This document shows, piece after piece, positions 41,750 through 56,201 of a stretch of DNA of 64,000 nucleotides (its first letter is position 1; each line of letters starts with the position of its first letter). The stretch covers positions 10,354,001 to 10,418,000 of the forward strand of contig CM022670.1 in assembly GCA_012295275.1 (NCBI GenBank), in the 5' to 3' direction. The notes beneath the pieces are model-generated. The model saw only the letters and a program-made list of their open reading frames with translations, had not been told where the DNA came from and searched no databases. The DNA is from Chrysomallon squamiferum (lineage: Eukaryota; Animalia; Mollusca). Position numbers and translations under genes: made by a program.

Positions 41750-42965
41750 TTATTATATGAGTCAATACCCTTGCGTGACCGAGCCAAAAGCTTAAGAGAG
41801 ACTTCTTATGTTTGTTACCTCCCTTGCGTGCTGCTCACCAAAGCTAAAATTAATGTTAAGGAAAGGTTAAGCGCGTCACAGTCCTTTATGTTCTTTTCTC
41901 ATTTTTTTTATATTTTTCTAAATTTTCAATTTTTTTTTTTAACTTGATGGATCTGTACTACCTAGCATTAAGTTGTAGGAACGCCACAATAATTCTCGTC
42001 ATATTTAATTTAACTCGGGAATTATATTTGGCTTTTTTTTTTTTTTTTCCCCAATGCCAGTCGACAAATTGCATTGCAAATATGGAATAATTGAATTCTT
42101 GCAATTACCCTTCAGTTTCAACTGCCGTGCCGTATCCGTAGTCAAAACGAATAGGACACTAATGCCAGCGATACAAAACGCAGACCTCGCCTTTTATCCT
42201 CCAGGGGCCTTTAGTGTTGAGTGTGGGGGGCCGTGCGATCGTTTGCCTGCCGAAATGTCTGCTCTCCTCCAAGGCTACCATATGGCACAGTAGAAGCGAC
42301 ACAATGCGTGCAGCCCCCTTTTTTTTTTGTATCTGTGAATGGTCTTTTATCGGCAACATGACAGCGGCGAGTTTGTCAGTCCGTCAGTGGAAAGGGATGG
42401 GAGACAAATTACACGTTGATAGCGATCTCCGACTGTACAGCGGGCGATGATATTCTCTGCAGCTCAGCGGGTCATCGTATTCTGAGCGTGGCCGCGAGAG
42501 TGAGTGAAACAAAATTTCAATCTAAATAAATTTGAAAAGAGGCCGGTTTTATTGCCGAGTACGTATCATTCACCTGTCACCGGTGACTAGGTTCGGGCAC
42601 GCGTTTCTAATTATTTTCTCTTTACCCGTCATCCCGTTGACGAATTTTCGCCGGGTCCAAAAGCGAAATATCGACGAGTGCAAAGCGTGCGAGTGCAGTT
42701 CTCCGTTACCCCCAGTTCGTCACCCAGAGCCCGAGGGGAGTGAGCGCGTCCCGCGGACCCCCCAGCGAGCCGGTCACGTGCCGGTCTGCTGCCGACTGGT
42801 TAAGATGGTTAACTGAATGGTATAATGTTACCGTGCGCCTGCGTGACTTTACGACTTCTGCGACATGCGAGGACGTGCTTGATTTTGCAAAATTAAAAAT
42901 GTTTCATTTCAGTTTTTTTTTTGTTCGCGTTGTGACGAGATGCTAAATGTGCACGCGTCACAAGC
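41750..42965. promoter_or_regulatory. Large CpG-rich non-coding island, candidate enhancer
   Basis: One of the most GC-rich non-coding stretches. ACCATATGGC 42277-42286, TGACAG/TGTCA sites, GGTCACGTG near 42772. Its short ORFs resemble nothing I recognise. Confidence 0.5.
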
Positions 42966-43402
42966 TTGTTACAATAAGGTCAAAAGAGGAATTTAAATTT
43001 AATTAATGTTTACAAAATGAAAAAAAGAAAAAAGAGGAGAAAAAAAAAAAAAGAAAAAAAAAAGGAAAGAAAGAAAAAAAAGAGAAAAATCTATATAAAG
43101 GAAAAAAGAAAACAAAATACTAACAGACTTTTAGTATTTAAATATAGGTAATAAATAAACTTTCATCCAAAAAATGTTTAGAATTTGGAAGCTTTTTTAC
43201 CCACCCCTCTGTTAGAAAACAAAATCTGTTAAACATACATAGAGGAATCAAAACACAAAAGCATACATACATTAGCGCACACAGACATTTGCGGATCCAG
43301 AAACTGGGACAGAAAGTGAAATGAAGGGGTAAATTCATAAACACAGACAGACAGAAGACACACACACACACACACATACATAAACAGACACATACACACA
43401 CA

Positions 43403-43472
<70 letters not shown>

Positions 43473-45626
43473 AGAGAGAGAGAAAGTGACGTTCATTTTT
43501 AATTTACACATTCAGATATTGTTTACAAGGACAAACTATATGTACACACCACACAGAGAGACATACACACACATACACATAAACTCACATACGCACGTAC
43601 ACACACAACCAAAGCTCATCTACTAAAATTGTTAGGAATGTTTGGTATCTTAAAACAGTTGAACTACCAGATGTGCAGGTACTACACAGTCAGCTAATTT
43701 ATGAAAATTACATTTCATTGCATCAAAGCTGTATATATTCTATTCTACATTGTTTGCTTTAAATAGGGTATGTGTATGTGTGTGTGTATCTGTGTATGTG
43801 TGTGTGCGTGCGCGTGTTCATGTTTAATTACTAAAAAGAAATGGTAAATATTATTATTATTATTATTGTCTTTCTTTTTATTAGTATTATAATATTATCA
43901 TTAATATTAATAAGTAATGATAATGGTTGTAGTAATACTGGTGGTTGTGGTAATTGTGATAGTAACAGTGATAGTAGTTGAAGTGGTAATAGTTATTTTT
44001 GTATTTGTTGTTGTTGTTCTTATTATTGTAATCAGCATTAATATTAATAGTCATGATAATGATTATAGTAATAGTAGCAGCAGTAGTATTAGTAGTGGTA
44101 GAGGTAGTAGCAGTAATAGAAATAGTAATAATAGTAACAGTAGTAGAAGTAGTAATAGTTGTTCTTGTATTTCTTGCTATTCTTCTTAACATTAGTATTA
44201 TAATTAATGTTAATATTAATAGTCATGATAGTAGAAGTTGTAGTAGTAGAGGTAGTAGTATTAGTATAGTAATGATAGTAGTAGTACTAGTAGTAGTAGC
44301 AGTAGTATAATGATGATAACGCTAGTAGTAAAAGTTGTACTAATACTACTACATTTTCTTCATTTGCTTAGATACCTATTTATTTACTTATTTGTATTAC
44401 TAGTTGTTGTTATATTAGTAGTAAAAACTGAATTAACTATTTCTAGTCATAGTAGTTTTTGTAATAATAAAATAATTTGCTATTGTTTATTTAATGTAGG
44501 CATGGTAATAAAATAATAACTATGAAAATGTATGTTGCCTTATTTAAAACGGGGGATAACTCTTTATGTCTTAGCTTTCTCCAAGACCATAAACTTCAAA
44601 TTAATGATGGCTATAACAGACTACGATGAAAATTTATTTAAATAAAATAAAAATGTTAAAATGATTTATTTGGACTAATTAGATAATTTCTCCTGTTTAC
44701 TGAAATTTTATTTTATCTATCGTTTACTGAATCTAGGTTTGAAGTGTTGAAAATGAGAAGAAAATAATTTGTCTAAATGTATAAGAAGAGTTGCGGCCCT
44801 TTAGTTGGTTTTGAAGAAAAATGTAGACTAAGCACAACGTTTAGACTACTGTTAGGTGATTCGCATACGAACCCTTTTTGTGTATTACTACAACATCAAC
44901 ATCAACAACAACAACAATAACTAATAAAAAACAAACATGCAGACACATACAAAAAACAGTGTTTTTATTTTAATTGCTGCTACGACAACATTGTTGCTGT
45001 TGTTGTTTTTATTTGTTTTTATTAAATTTTATTTTGTGATTTTTGTTTATAATTATACAATTCTGAACCGATGCGATACATAAAGGCATAGTGAAATTTT
45101 CAGAAACAGTTGCAACATATTCACAAACAAAAGAAATACAGCTTACATCTCCGAAAGCAATATATTAATCTCTTTACACTGATATTAAAAATCAACCGTC
45201 AAATTTTCCGATCGTTGCTAAGCACGTTGCTAAGTGAGGTAATCGAAAGTGACCCGAAGATTACAAACAGACAACATCATCAGCTGTCAAATTTCGCAAA
45301 ACTCGCACATTTTATTTGTGCTTAACGATAAATAAATAGCTTTAACAGCCAGTTTTACGACTTCTGATCTATCAGATACATATTTGTTTGTTTTTAATAT
45401 ATTTGATCACTTGCAGTCTGGGAAATCAAACTGGTACTGTTTTTTTTTTTGTTTTTTTTTTTTTTTTTTGTTGCAATTACTACCAGAGAGGTTAGGCTGC
45501 GAGACACAATCCATTAGTAATTTTGAGAGAGTTTTGAGCCGTTGAGACGTTAGGTAAATGATACACAACTAATTTTGTTTTCTGAAATAAAATGTGATGA
45601 TTGAGTGATTAAGAGAGAGATAGATG

Positions 45627-45742
<116 letters not shown>

Positions 45743-45744
45743 TT

Positions 45745-45990
45745 TAATGTATAGTTTAAATTCTAAATGTATTCTTATGTAATCAATATATCTAATGTAT
45801 AGTTTACATATTCTACAGTAATGTATTCTTACATATTCAGCTGTAATGTATTTTTATATGTTCAACTGTCATTTAATTTTAAATAATCAACTGTAATGTA
45901 TTTTTAAACGTTCAACAGAAAGTTTTGCGTTCCACTGTAAGGTCTTCCTGCATGTAATGTATTTTTTCATGTTCTACAGTAATGTGTTTA
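45745..45990 (+). repeat. Degenerate ~25-bp minisatellite
   Basis: Recurrent (CTG)TAATGTATT(C/T)TTA...TTCAA units. Confidence 0.65.
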
Positions 45991-46311
45991 TTATGAACTT
46001 TTTTTTTTTATGTTATATTTATTTTATCTAGTTCCAAATGTAACACCGGCTATGGAGAAGAGAGAGAGAGAAAGAGAAATATCAAAAGATACATCTTTTA
46101 TGTCTAGACATTTCACTCGTTAGAAGAACATTTTGGTTTTCTAAAGCGATATTAAACAAATTGTAGTGCTCTGTATGATAACACTGAAATTCGTATAGCC
46201 GATCCACGGTCTTAACATACCATTTATTTTAAAGTAGTATTATCAGTCACATTTATTACACGGGTTTTTACTTACTGACACCTCTAAAACCTGATGATAA
46301 ATAAAAATCTA

Positions 46312-46388
46312 CACATTCATTTCAGTGCGTTATTCCTACCAATTGATATAGGTAATATTAACGTCACATAATGAGCTGACTCTAATTA

Positions 46389-46419
<31 letters not shown>

Positions 46420-46479
46420 TGCGTCCAAACGTATATACATTATTTACACACATATAATATACATACATATATACATACC

Positions 46480-46535
<56 letters not shown>

Positions 46536-47012
46536 TACAGCGGTACCTTGCTCGTATATCAAATAAATTTTCTCAAATGAAATTAATTTAAATACCATTA
46601 ATCCGTTTAAGCCCCCAAAACCACCCCAATGTTTTTGTAACGTATTTTTAAATAAGAAAAATGTATATATAAATGACAAATATTGTTTAAAAACAAAATA
46701 AAAGAGAATATAAACAAATAAATTGATTTTGTAGTGTACAGGGTTAGGGTTTCTCCATCTTTTACATGGACAAAGGACCGCAGCTTGGAAATTATTTTAA
46801 CGCCTTTGGCACAAAACGCGAGCATAACACAACAGAGATGTTTCCACGGCGAGGTAACCATGTGAAGCAAACGAGTGAAACGCGGGATGCCGGACGGATG
46901 TTGTGTTGTTCGTTGCACCATCTAGCTCGTAACTCGGATTTTGGCTCGTAACTCAAAACTTGTAACTCGGAAAACTTGTAAGTTGGAGCAGTCGTAACTT
47001 GAGGTACCACTG

Positions 47013-47043
<31 letters not shown>

Positions 47044-47070
47044 TGACACACACACACACATACACACACT

Positions 47071-47109
<39 letters not shown>

Positions 47110-47267
47110 ATAGGTAGCCAAAGTCATAATGAATAATATACACAATAAAGATGAAATTACATTTTCATATAATTCTATGGGTGGAGGATTAATGTGAATT
47201 AATTTAGCTGGTTTTTGTGATGTTATATTTTAGAAATATATACTGGTTTAACATTATGTTGAAAATT
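46312..47267 (+). repeat. Dispersed duplicated segment, copy B (interrupted by MITE 46538-47012)
   Basis: Same blocks as 41202-41531: 46315-46345 and 47113-47260, separated by a CA tract containing the MITE. Confidence 0.85.
46538..47012. mobile_element. 475-bp non-autonomous pogo/Tigger-like DNA transposon (MITE)
   Basis: TA|CAGCGGTACCT ... AGGTACCACTG|TA (10/11 terminal match, TA on both sides). Five subterminal (C/T)GTAA(C/G)T repeats at about 46927-47000. Inserted in a CA/TA microsatellite. Confidence 0.85.
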
Positions 47268-48388
47268 TAATTCTGTGATTGTAATAAAGATTTTCTCCTT
47301 TAAGAATCTTGATTAAAATATCACGATTAAAGTAATATATTTTTAGCTCTAACCGCAGGAGTCTAAAATAAAAAAAAGATTTATTTTCTTAAATATAATT
47401 GGACCTTTTCTTTACAGTTTAAGGAAGTCATAACAAAAAGGAACAGAAATAACCAATAATCGTATCCTTTAGCAGTAATAAAATAATTTACTGAATATGA
47501 AATTAAAAAAAAAAAAAATTAAAAGCCATAAGAAGATGCGTTGGATGTTTAAATCCTTTGAACAGGAATTTTAATCACTGGATAAAATAGTAATAACGTT
47601 TGTGTCAATGCAGCACTAACCTACATTAGCTTTTAAACTGTTTAACGAGAATCTGTACATTTTTGTGGGACTTTATGTTTAAAATTTTGAAATCGTTAGA
47701 ATCGTGAGCTGAGAAATCTAGTTTAGTCCCGTCAAAGTGTTTGGCTGTTGGGATCAAAAAGCATGGCGGATATTGCACTGGAGCAATCTTTTTTAAAAAA
47801 TAAATTGCATTCGATTATTTTGCTAGAGATTCTTTCGTCAAGTAATATTTGACTTTATCTGAGGCAAAAAGTAGAAAAAAGGAAAAAAAAAAAATGAAAA
47901 GAAATGAAAAAACATATAAAATAAAAAATTATAATTATAAAGTTTAAACCGATGCTGCTTCCAGAATTAAGAAGGTGTGATGTAAAATCAGTGTATATAT
48001 ATAAAAAATATAAAAAATCGATCTTCATTTCTGGAAGAATTGAGCACACTGATCATTGTTGTAACTCAGCTACCTCTCGTTTCAGCTTTCGCTGTGGAAA
48101 TCTGCTTATTAAAACCCCCTTGCTTCTAAATAAAAGAGTTTTAAAAAATATGAAGAGCCTATAGACTGATTCCAACGTTTTTCCTCTCTTGCAGTTATTA
48201 AGGGAAAACTTCCCCACTGCAAATGAAAACAAAACAAAACAAAACAAAACAAACGACCCAGCATGATAGAAACAGAAAAAAATGTAAAAGCTGATCAATT
48301 AATTTTTCAATTCACTGGAATTTTGAGAAAAAATCAGCTTACTTCTGATTAAGTCTTGTCAACGTTTTTATTATTATTATTATTATTA

Positions 48389-48420
<32 letters not shown>

Positions 48421-48829
48421 GCAATGTTATTGTTGTTGTTGTTGTTCTTCTTCTTCTTCTTCTTCTTGCTTTTGTTGTTCTTTTTATTAGCCTTCTTTCA
48501 GTTTCCAGATGACTGGTAAAAAAGAGAACATCTTCATGGCAGGCTATATGTAGAAAATTAAAGCTTTGGGATTTCTTAAAGCGGAATTTGCATTTTGCAT
48601 CACTGAAGATATAATGTCCTGAGAACCTTTTTAATAAAAGCAGCAAAAGCTGGCGTTTTGATCCAGCAGGGGAAAAAAAAAAAAAAAATGAGATGAATGA
48701 CTTTGAGCTATATTGTCGAACAAATATTATTCATTAACTTTGATGGTGTTCTGGGAGCAAAAAAACATTCTAATACAAGAAGGCTTTTTATTTTGCTTGA
48801 AAACTACATTTCATCATGAACTTCAGCTA

Positions 48830-49220
48830 AAACGGGCTTCGTTTGGAATTCAATAAACGTGTTAAACTCCACGACTAGCAAACACTCAGTTTCACTTCAT
48901 GAGGCAGGCCTATCAATCAAGAGTGTATTGCGCCAAGCATACACTTCTAAGCAATCGAACTCGTCCAGTCTAATGCCATTTTGATTCGAATTATGATATG
49001 AGCGACGCGACTTGTTTGCGGGAGCCAGCGAGCGATGAAGCGAAGGAAAATGTCACTTTTACGAGGTTTCCAAACAGTTCGCTTGACAAGCTGTAAATAT
49101 CCCAGAGGTAATTGAATGGCTAAAGGAAAACGAAGATGCCCCGTTTTGCTTGGTGATAACGCTAAATGGTGAGCCGCCATTTTGAAAGACAACTCGTAAC
49201 AGACGAAAAGCAGGAAACTG
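48830..49220. promoter_or_regulatory. CpG-rich island, candidate regulatory element
   Basis: Full YY1/Pho consensus GCCGCCATTTTG 49173-49184; TCCCAGAGGTAAT 49100-49112. Confidence 0.4.
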
Positions 49221-49909
49221 ATTAAATTCTTTTATATCAGTTTGGTTGAAAATCAGTCATTCTTTGTTTAAAGGTACTCCATCATATTTTGTCAGTATTA
49301 TGAAGGTTTACAAAAGGAAATGGTAGAATTCTGTCACCCTTATTCTTTTTCAGTTAAAGTTAATTGATATTATTTTTTTTTCGTTGTTTGACAGTGAGTC
49401 GAACGTTCTTATGATTTCATGTTCAGTAATTAAATACAGATGATGCATAATTTTAATATCATTAGCAGTTGTTAGTAATTATGTTTATTTATTTAATAGC
49501 AACGTTCTTTTTATATTATTAACCCCGAAGCTTTGGCACAATGGTTTTCTTCGACATATTTTAAAGCAGTCAAGTCTGATCCTTCAGTTTTAACATTTTA
49601 ATAATTTAACTGTTGTATGTTTTCTATATGTGTTGGTACGAGTGTGTACATGAATGTGTTTGTGGGTGAGTTTGTATTTGCAGACACAACACATTCATTT
49701 ATTTCTAGGATTTCTCTTTCTCTCGTGGTTTGCAATTTTGTCTTATTCAGACATTCTGAGAGGCCTGTAAATAATCCCACAGAGAAAAAATACGAGACTA
49801 GCACTTGCTAGATATTTATTTCGAATTATTATGGTGGTTTTTGTACACCCTCTTTTCACCGTAGTTAGTAAGTAAGTTTATCATAATCATTTGTTTTCTG
49901 TTAACTGAT

Positions 49910-50190
49910 CCTAAATGTCACTGAACTCGACTGACACTCGTTGCAAACACCCGGAAGGTTAGGCAACGTCGGACCGGAAATTAACGTCTTGGAAAGCCAG
50001 AACACAACATCTCGTTATCTCCCCTGGAGACGTGATTTCGCGAGAATAAGTTGCAGCAGAATTAATCCGCGCGCGAGCGACAAGACGAGTTCAGTCACGT
50101 GACTTATTATTTGCATTGTGTTTTGCGACTTGTCCGAGGCGTGTTGTCAAGATGGCCGTTTCTTTGGTTTTCGAAAGTGGTGGCAAGATT
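49910..50190 (+). promoter_or_regulatory. Second promoter-like CpG island with no visible gene
   Basis: ETS CCGGAA at about 49951 and 49975, TTTCGCGAGAA near 50036, AGTCACGTGACT 50093-50104 overlapping Inr-like TCAGTC at 50091, CAAGATGGC 50148-50156. Confidence 0.42.
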
Positions 50191-50762
50191 TTAAAGAATA
50201 CTCAGAGGTTGCTTTGTTTATTTAGCGTTTTTAAATGAACTTTGTTGTTTAATATTGACAAATAAAGTAGGCTTAAAAGTACAAATAAATAAATAAACAC
50301 ATGCGTAAATAAATAAATAAATAAAAAATAAAAAATAAAATAAAATAAAATAAAATAAAATAAAATAAAATAAAATAAAATAAAATAAAATAAATAAAAA
50401 ATAAATAAATAAAAAATAAATAAAATAAAATAAAATAAAATAAAATAAAATAAATAAATAAAATAAAAAATGATAAAATAATAATAAAAGTTATAATAAT
50501 TCTAATTTTCATACATTCATCAAAAATGTCGTCAGTCACCATATGTAACAATAATCAAATACATGATGCAAAGATGCAAAGATGCATAGATATTTAAAGT
50601 ATATTAAAAACTGACTGTTTAGATAGTTAATATAATATTCCTTTTAAGATTGTTTAGATAAAAGGCAATATTTATACGATCTATACTGTGTGTCCCCTAA
50701 GTTACGAAGCTATTGTCATGGACATTTTTGTTTGTTTTCTTAATTATTATTTTAATAGTACT

Positions 50763-50864
<102 letters not shown>

Positions 50865-50872
50865 TATGTATA

Positions 50873-50947
50873 TGTAACTGTTTAAATTGTTTTTAGAGGT
50901 AGTTTTTAAAATGAGGAGTGGTCCATAAGGTCACAGAATGTATGTCA

Positions 50948-50985
<38 letters not shown>

Positions 50986-52369
50986 TTCGTATCTTATTTA
51001 AATTAAAACTACACAGATTTATATTAGAAACGTAATTACATTTTTGCTATATCAGAAAGATATATCGTCTAGATGTCCATTTAAAATATTTAATTTTAAA
51101 AGGTAATATTAATATTATTATTCAAACGACAGTCAGTCTTTCAGAATAACTGATACATAAACGTCAGTATCAGAATTTGACCATTTTACTTCATTATTTC
51201 AATAATTATACTGAAGGGGAAAAAAAAAAAATCAAACAATAGCATAATTACGGCTGTCTGCGTAATAAATATTCATATTCAATTATTATCCTTCTAGTAT
51301 TATAACCATTCTACGTTTTAAAGCACAGCTAATCATCGCAACATTTAAATTTGTAAAAATAATTTCACAAAATTAGAGGCGGCTGAGATGGCTGTTACAA
51401 GTAATGAGGTTGCTAAAGAATGTGGGCTGGAAAATTGGTTCCGGCCTCCCACACCTTCTGACATTTTCTTTCTTGTAGACACGTTTAAATAGAAACTGAC
51501 ACATTCACGAGTTTGAAGAAAAAGAAGAAGAAGAAGAAGAAGAAAAAAAAGATAATTAGATTTGTGTAAGATAAAACGTAACTCTTTGGATAAAAACACA
51601 CTTCATTTGAAAAAATCCTCTCCTAGCAGTAAAATTAGAATATTTTTTCATCAGTCTTCCTACTTGTATTAAAGAACGAAAACATACATACAAACATACA
51701 TACTTACGAACTCACATACATACATACACACATACATACATACATTCACACACATACACACACACACATATATACATATATATATATATGCACACACAAA
51801 TTAATACATACATACATACATACATACATACATACAAACATAGATACATTCATATATTCACACAAACACACACCACCACACTGGCACACACACTCGCACA
51901 CACGTACACACAGACGCACGCACACACTTCAATACATAACTGGAGAAACCAAATATTTCTCGACGAGAAATCAAAACTAATGCGAATAAAACCATCGCTA
52001 AACATTTTAATACACTGGAAGCTTTTTAATTTCGTCACGAACTCTGCGTATACCGCTGTACGCAGACGCAGAATTATAACAACACCGAAATGAAAATCAG
52101 CCGACTTATTTGACACTGTACACACGATCCGGCTTGATTACTGCAGGACAAGTGAGACATTTCACGGTTAAATCTATTGGAATGCAATCACGATACATCC
52201 GGACTCACGTCTCATCATTATGTTCTATTTACGTCAGCAACTTTGTCTCCCGCTGTGACGTATTGTTGAACCACAATAAAACGAAAACATTGTCAAGACA
52301 TTCACCAGATCCTGAACACTGCTAAAATATTCGTATGATCGCTGATCTCTGGCATGCACACTCTTGTAG

Positions 52370-52437
<68 letters not shown>

Positions 52438-53324
52438 GTGTGTGTGTCTGTGTTAGTGTGTCTGTCTGTGTGTGTGACCGTGTGTGTGTTTCTGTGTGTG
52501 TATTATTAATATTACGCATCATATACAGAGACAAATGACAACATTAACGTGGTAATTAGTTTAAGTTGTATTTACATTTGAAAGTACCTTCTCTGTCAGT
52601 CTGTCTGTCTTAGCCGTCTATGTGTACATATACAAACGCAAAGACGCACACACGCACACAAGCACACACACAAACTGCGTCTAGGGTCGGAAGTTTTTTT
52701 TTATCAGCATCTCTATATTTTAAAAAATTAATTTCCAGCCTAATTCCTATCATTGTAACACAGATCTGTTCGTTTACGGGTTTTAAATTAAAGAGGAATA
52801 TCTATATAACGGTTTGCTAGTTGGAATAAAAGCAATTATACAAAAATATCTGATAAAAAGATATATACTTACTGTCTTAATGAGGTACACACGTCATCGA
52901 TCCGCACTGAAGAATGTAATTGGTTTTTAATGAAGATTTCATTTATGAAAATTGTCTTGTGAGTCGATATCGAAAATGTATATATACATACACACATACT
53001 TCACATATATATATATATATACATACGTACACACTTTCGTACGTACATGCATATAAATACATTATTTAATCAGGGAATTATCAAAGCCTTTCGAAAATAA
53101 GCTTTACATACTTTAATACATTGCACATCGGTCTTGTAGAAGATATTCCAAACGTAGAAAACAAAACAATAGTTTAATTAGTGTGAACCTATAAAGCGGA
53201 ACAAAATAGACTGTAACTATTATCTTCAAATAAACCAGTATTTGTCTCCAATACGTGTGTTACGTGACAGCGACAAATAAAGATTTTTATTACAGCTTTT
53301 TTTTTTCTAAAGTAAGAGTGAGAC

Positions 53325-53355
<31 letters not shown>

Positions 53356-53961
53356 AGATAAAAATGATCTAAAAAGCAATAGAAAAAAATAATAAAGTTA
53401 ATGGGAAATGAATACGATAGTTTAATATGTAATTTACTTCTTAGATTAACTGTGTATTTTCAGCACAAAGTATATGAAAAAATAAAATAATGCTCTGTCA
53501 TTCTTATATATATATATATATATAGTTTAATTTATTTTCCATTCGACTGAATCCGGAATAAAAAGAATATAGGTCTTGGCATTAAAACATTTTCACTCAC
53601 AAAGCTATTCGAAGAAACCTTTTCTGGTATGTATTATTTTTACACACACATGCGTGCGCGCACGTGTCATAACACTTGCACGCGACCCACACAGCACAAA
53701 ACAGTAACCGCACGTCATTTGCATGGACATACATAGTAATTATACGTACATACTTACGTGCGTGAATGCACGATGCTTTTACAGACGAGCAGATCTTTCA
53801 TTTTTAAATTAATTTTAATCGATTTTTCTCTTTTTTTTCCAGAGAAAGAAACTGTTATTGTATACGATTCTATTGGTACAAATTAAGTTACAGTTTATTA
53901 AGAATCTCACAGATGAAGAGATACGAAACCCGCAGCTAATACAGAAAGTCTTAATTTATTT

Positions 53962-53999
<38 letters not shown>

Positions 54000-54600
54000 A
54001 GCAGCAAAAATCTATTAAATGCTCCTTTCCACAGACAGGAAAAAAAAAAAAAAAAAAAAAAAATATCACTCACGAGGTCCTTGTAGGAGTATAATCTAGA
54101 CTGAGTTTACAGTGCAAATCTGAGATTATCGAGTTTCTTATATCATTTTTCACTAATCTTAATAGCGAAATCTTTAACAGTCAGTATTTTATTCTAAACA
54201 TTATTTTTTTCACATTTTGTCAAGCCACCATTTCTATTAAAATCAGTGTATTTCTGTTAAATTCCCCGATCTGAGATCATGATTAAATTATAAACTGTCT
54301 AAAAGGAATTCCATAAATAGTAATAATCTATAAATAATAAAAGACAGTAATTAAGCGAATAACAAGAATCTAAGGGGAAGTTTGGAAACAATGAAATCAA
54401 TTTAACCATCGTTTCAGCGTTATAAAACCTTTATCTGTGACTAGCTTCCGTGCAGACTGTAAATTAAATCCTCGTATTTCATAAAATTTATTTATATCTT
54501 GTATGCAGGATGTCGACCTCATTATTGTTACGATGATAAAATAATTTATATCAATTTATTTTTCATCTGTAGGTGTAAAATTAAAACACACAAATACATA

Positions 54601-54666
<66 letters not shown>

Positions 54667-54678
54667 CTATAAATGTTC

Positions 54679-54713
<35 letters not shown>

Positions 54714-54770
54714 TACCTGTATGAGAGAGAGAGATATATGATTATTATATGAGATGGAAATATTATAGGT

Positions 54771-54835
<65 letters not shown>

Positions 54836-55081
54836 TCAACATTATCATAGCCATCATTATAACCATATAAAGATAAAAAATATAAATATATATATATATA
54901 CTATTCTCTTAATGAAAAAAACAAAAACAAAACAAAAAACGACAACATTATTACATCTATTTTAGGTTTACTGTAAATTTAAATTATTTTTTGCTGAAAG
55001 GAAAAGAATATCAACAAATGGAGCGTGATAAACTCCAAACCATCCGCGTCAAACAAAAAAATAAAATAAAATAAAATAAAA

Positions 55082-55112
<31 letters not shown>

Positions 55113-55268
55113 AATAAAATAAATAAAATAACAACAAAAAAAAAAAAAATTAAAGAAGTAAAAAACAAAAGTAGTGCACGGAAATGTCATAGAAACCTGA
55201 TAACTATTCTTTTCAAACACTGTATTAAATGATAAATAATAGTCATAATAATAATAATAATAATAATC

Positions 55269-55308
<40 letters not shown>

Positions 55309-55309
55309 T

Positions 55310-55345
<36 letters not shown>

Positions 55346-55726
55346 AATCATTCAGATAAGATCTCAGTGCGGGTATAAATCATAACTGTATTAGAATTTT
55401 GTATTTTGTACTATTTTTTTTTTTTTTTTTTTTTTCACAAAAAAGAAAGAAAGAAAGAAACAGTCCCAGCAATTTGGCCATTCTTTTACGTATCTGATAG
55501 AAACGAGTTTTTAATTCAGATTAATGGCGATCTGGGATCTGTGACAGGGAAGCGATTTAGCCAATTGCAATTCATCGACTCAGGTCTTCAGACAGATAAA
55601 TAATGCACGCGATATTGATTTTCTTCATCTAACCCTCGCCATGCATAAAAGTATGGTAATTGGCAAATTCTGACATCTGGCGTAGGCGAACAAAGCAAAT
55701 GACAAGAAATTAGAATTACACATATA

Positions 55727-55784
<58 letters not shown>

Positions 55785-56113
55785 ACTGTACATATATTTT
55801 TATATAGGTGTATGTACACATGTATAATTACGCATTTATTTTTGTATGTATGTGTATGTGTTATGTGTATGTGTGTGTATGTGTTATGTGTATGTGTGTG
55901 TATGTGTTATGTGTATGTGTGTGTATGTGTGTGTATGTATGTGTATGTGTAATGTGTGTCTGTGCGAATGTATATTTGTGTCTGTTTTGTAAGTCTACTA
56001 TGTGTGTCCGTACTTGTATATCTATCTGTTTATGTGTGTGTTTGTATGGTATATCTATCTGTCTGTCTGTCTACCTATCTATCTATCTATCTGTCTGTCT
56101 AACTGTCTATCTA

Positions 56114-56145
<32 letters not shown>

Positions 56146-56147
56146 AA

Positions 56148-56201
<54 letters not shown>

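Noticed and set aside
54272-54298. bantam-like seed TGAGATCAT, plus other miRNA seed look-alikes (TGGCAGTGTCT near 32572, TCTTTGGTT at 50161)
   Set aside because: The matches stop after the seed and no precursor hairpin is evident.
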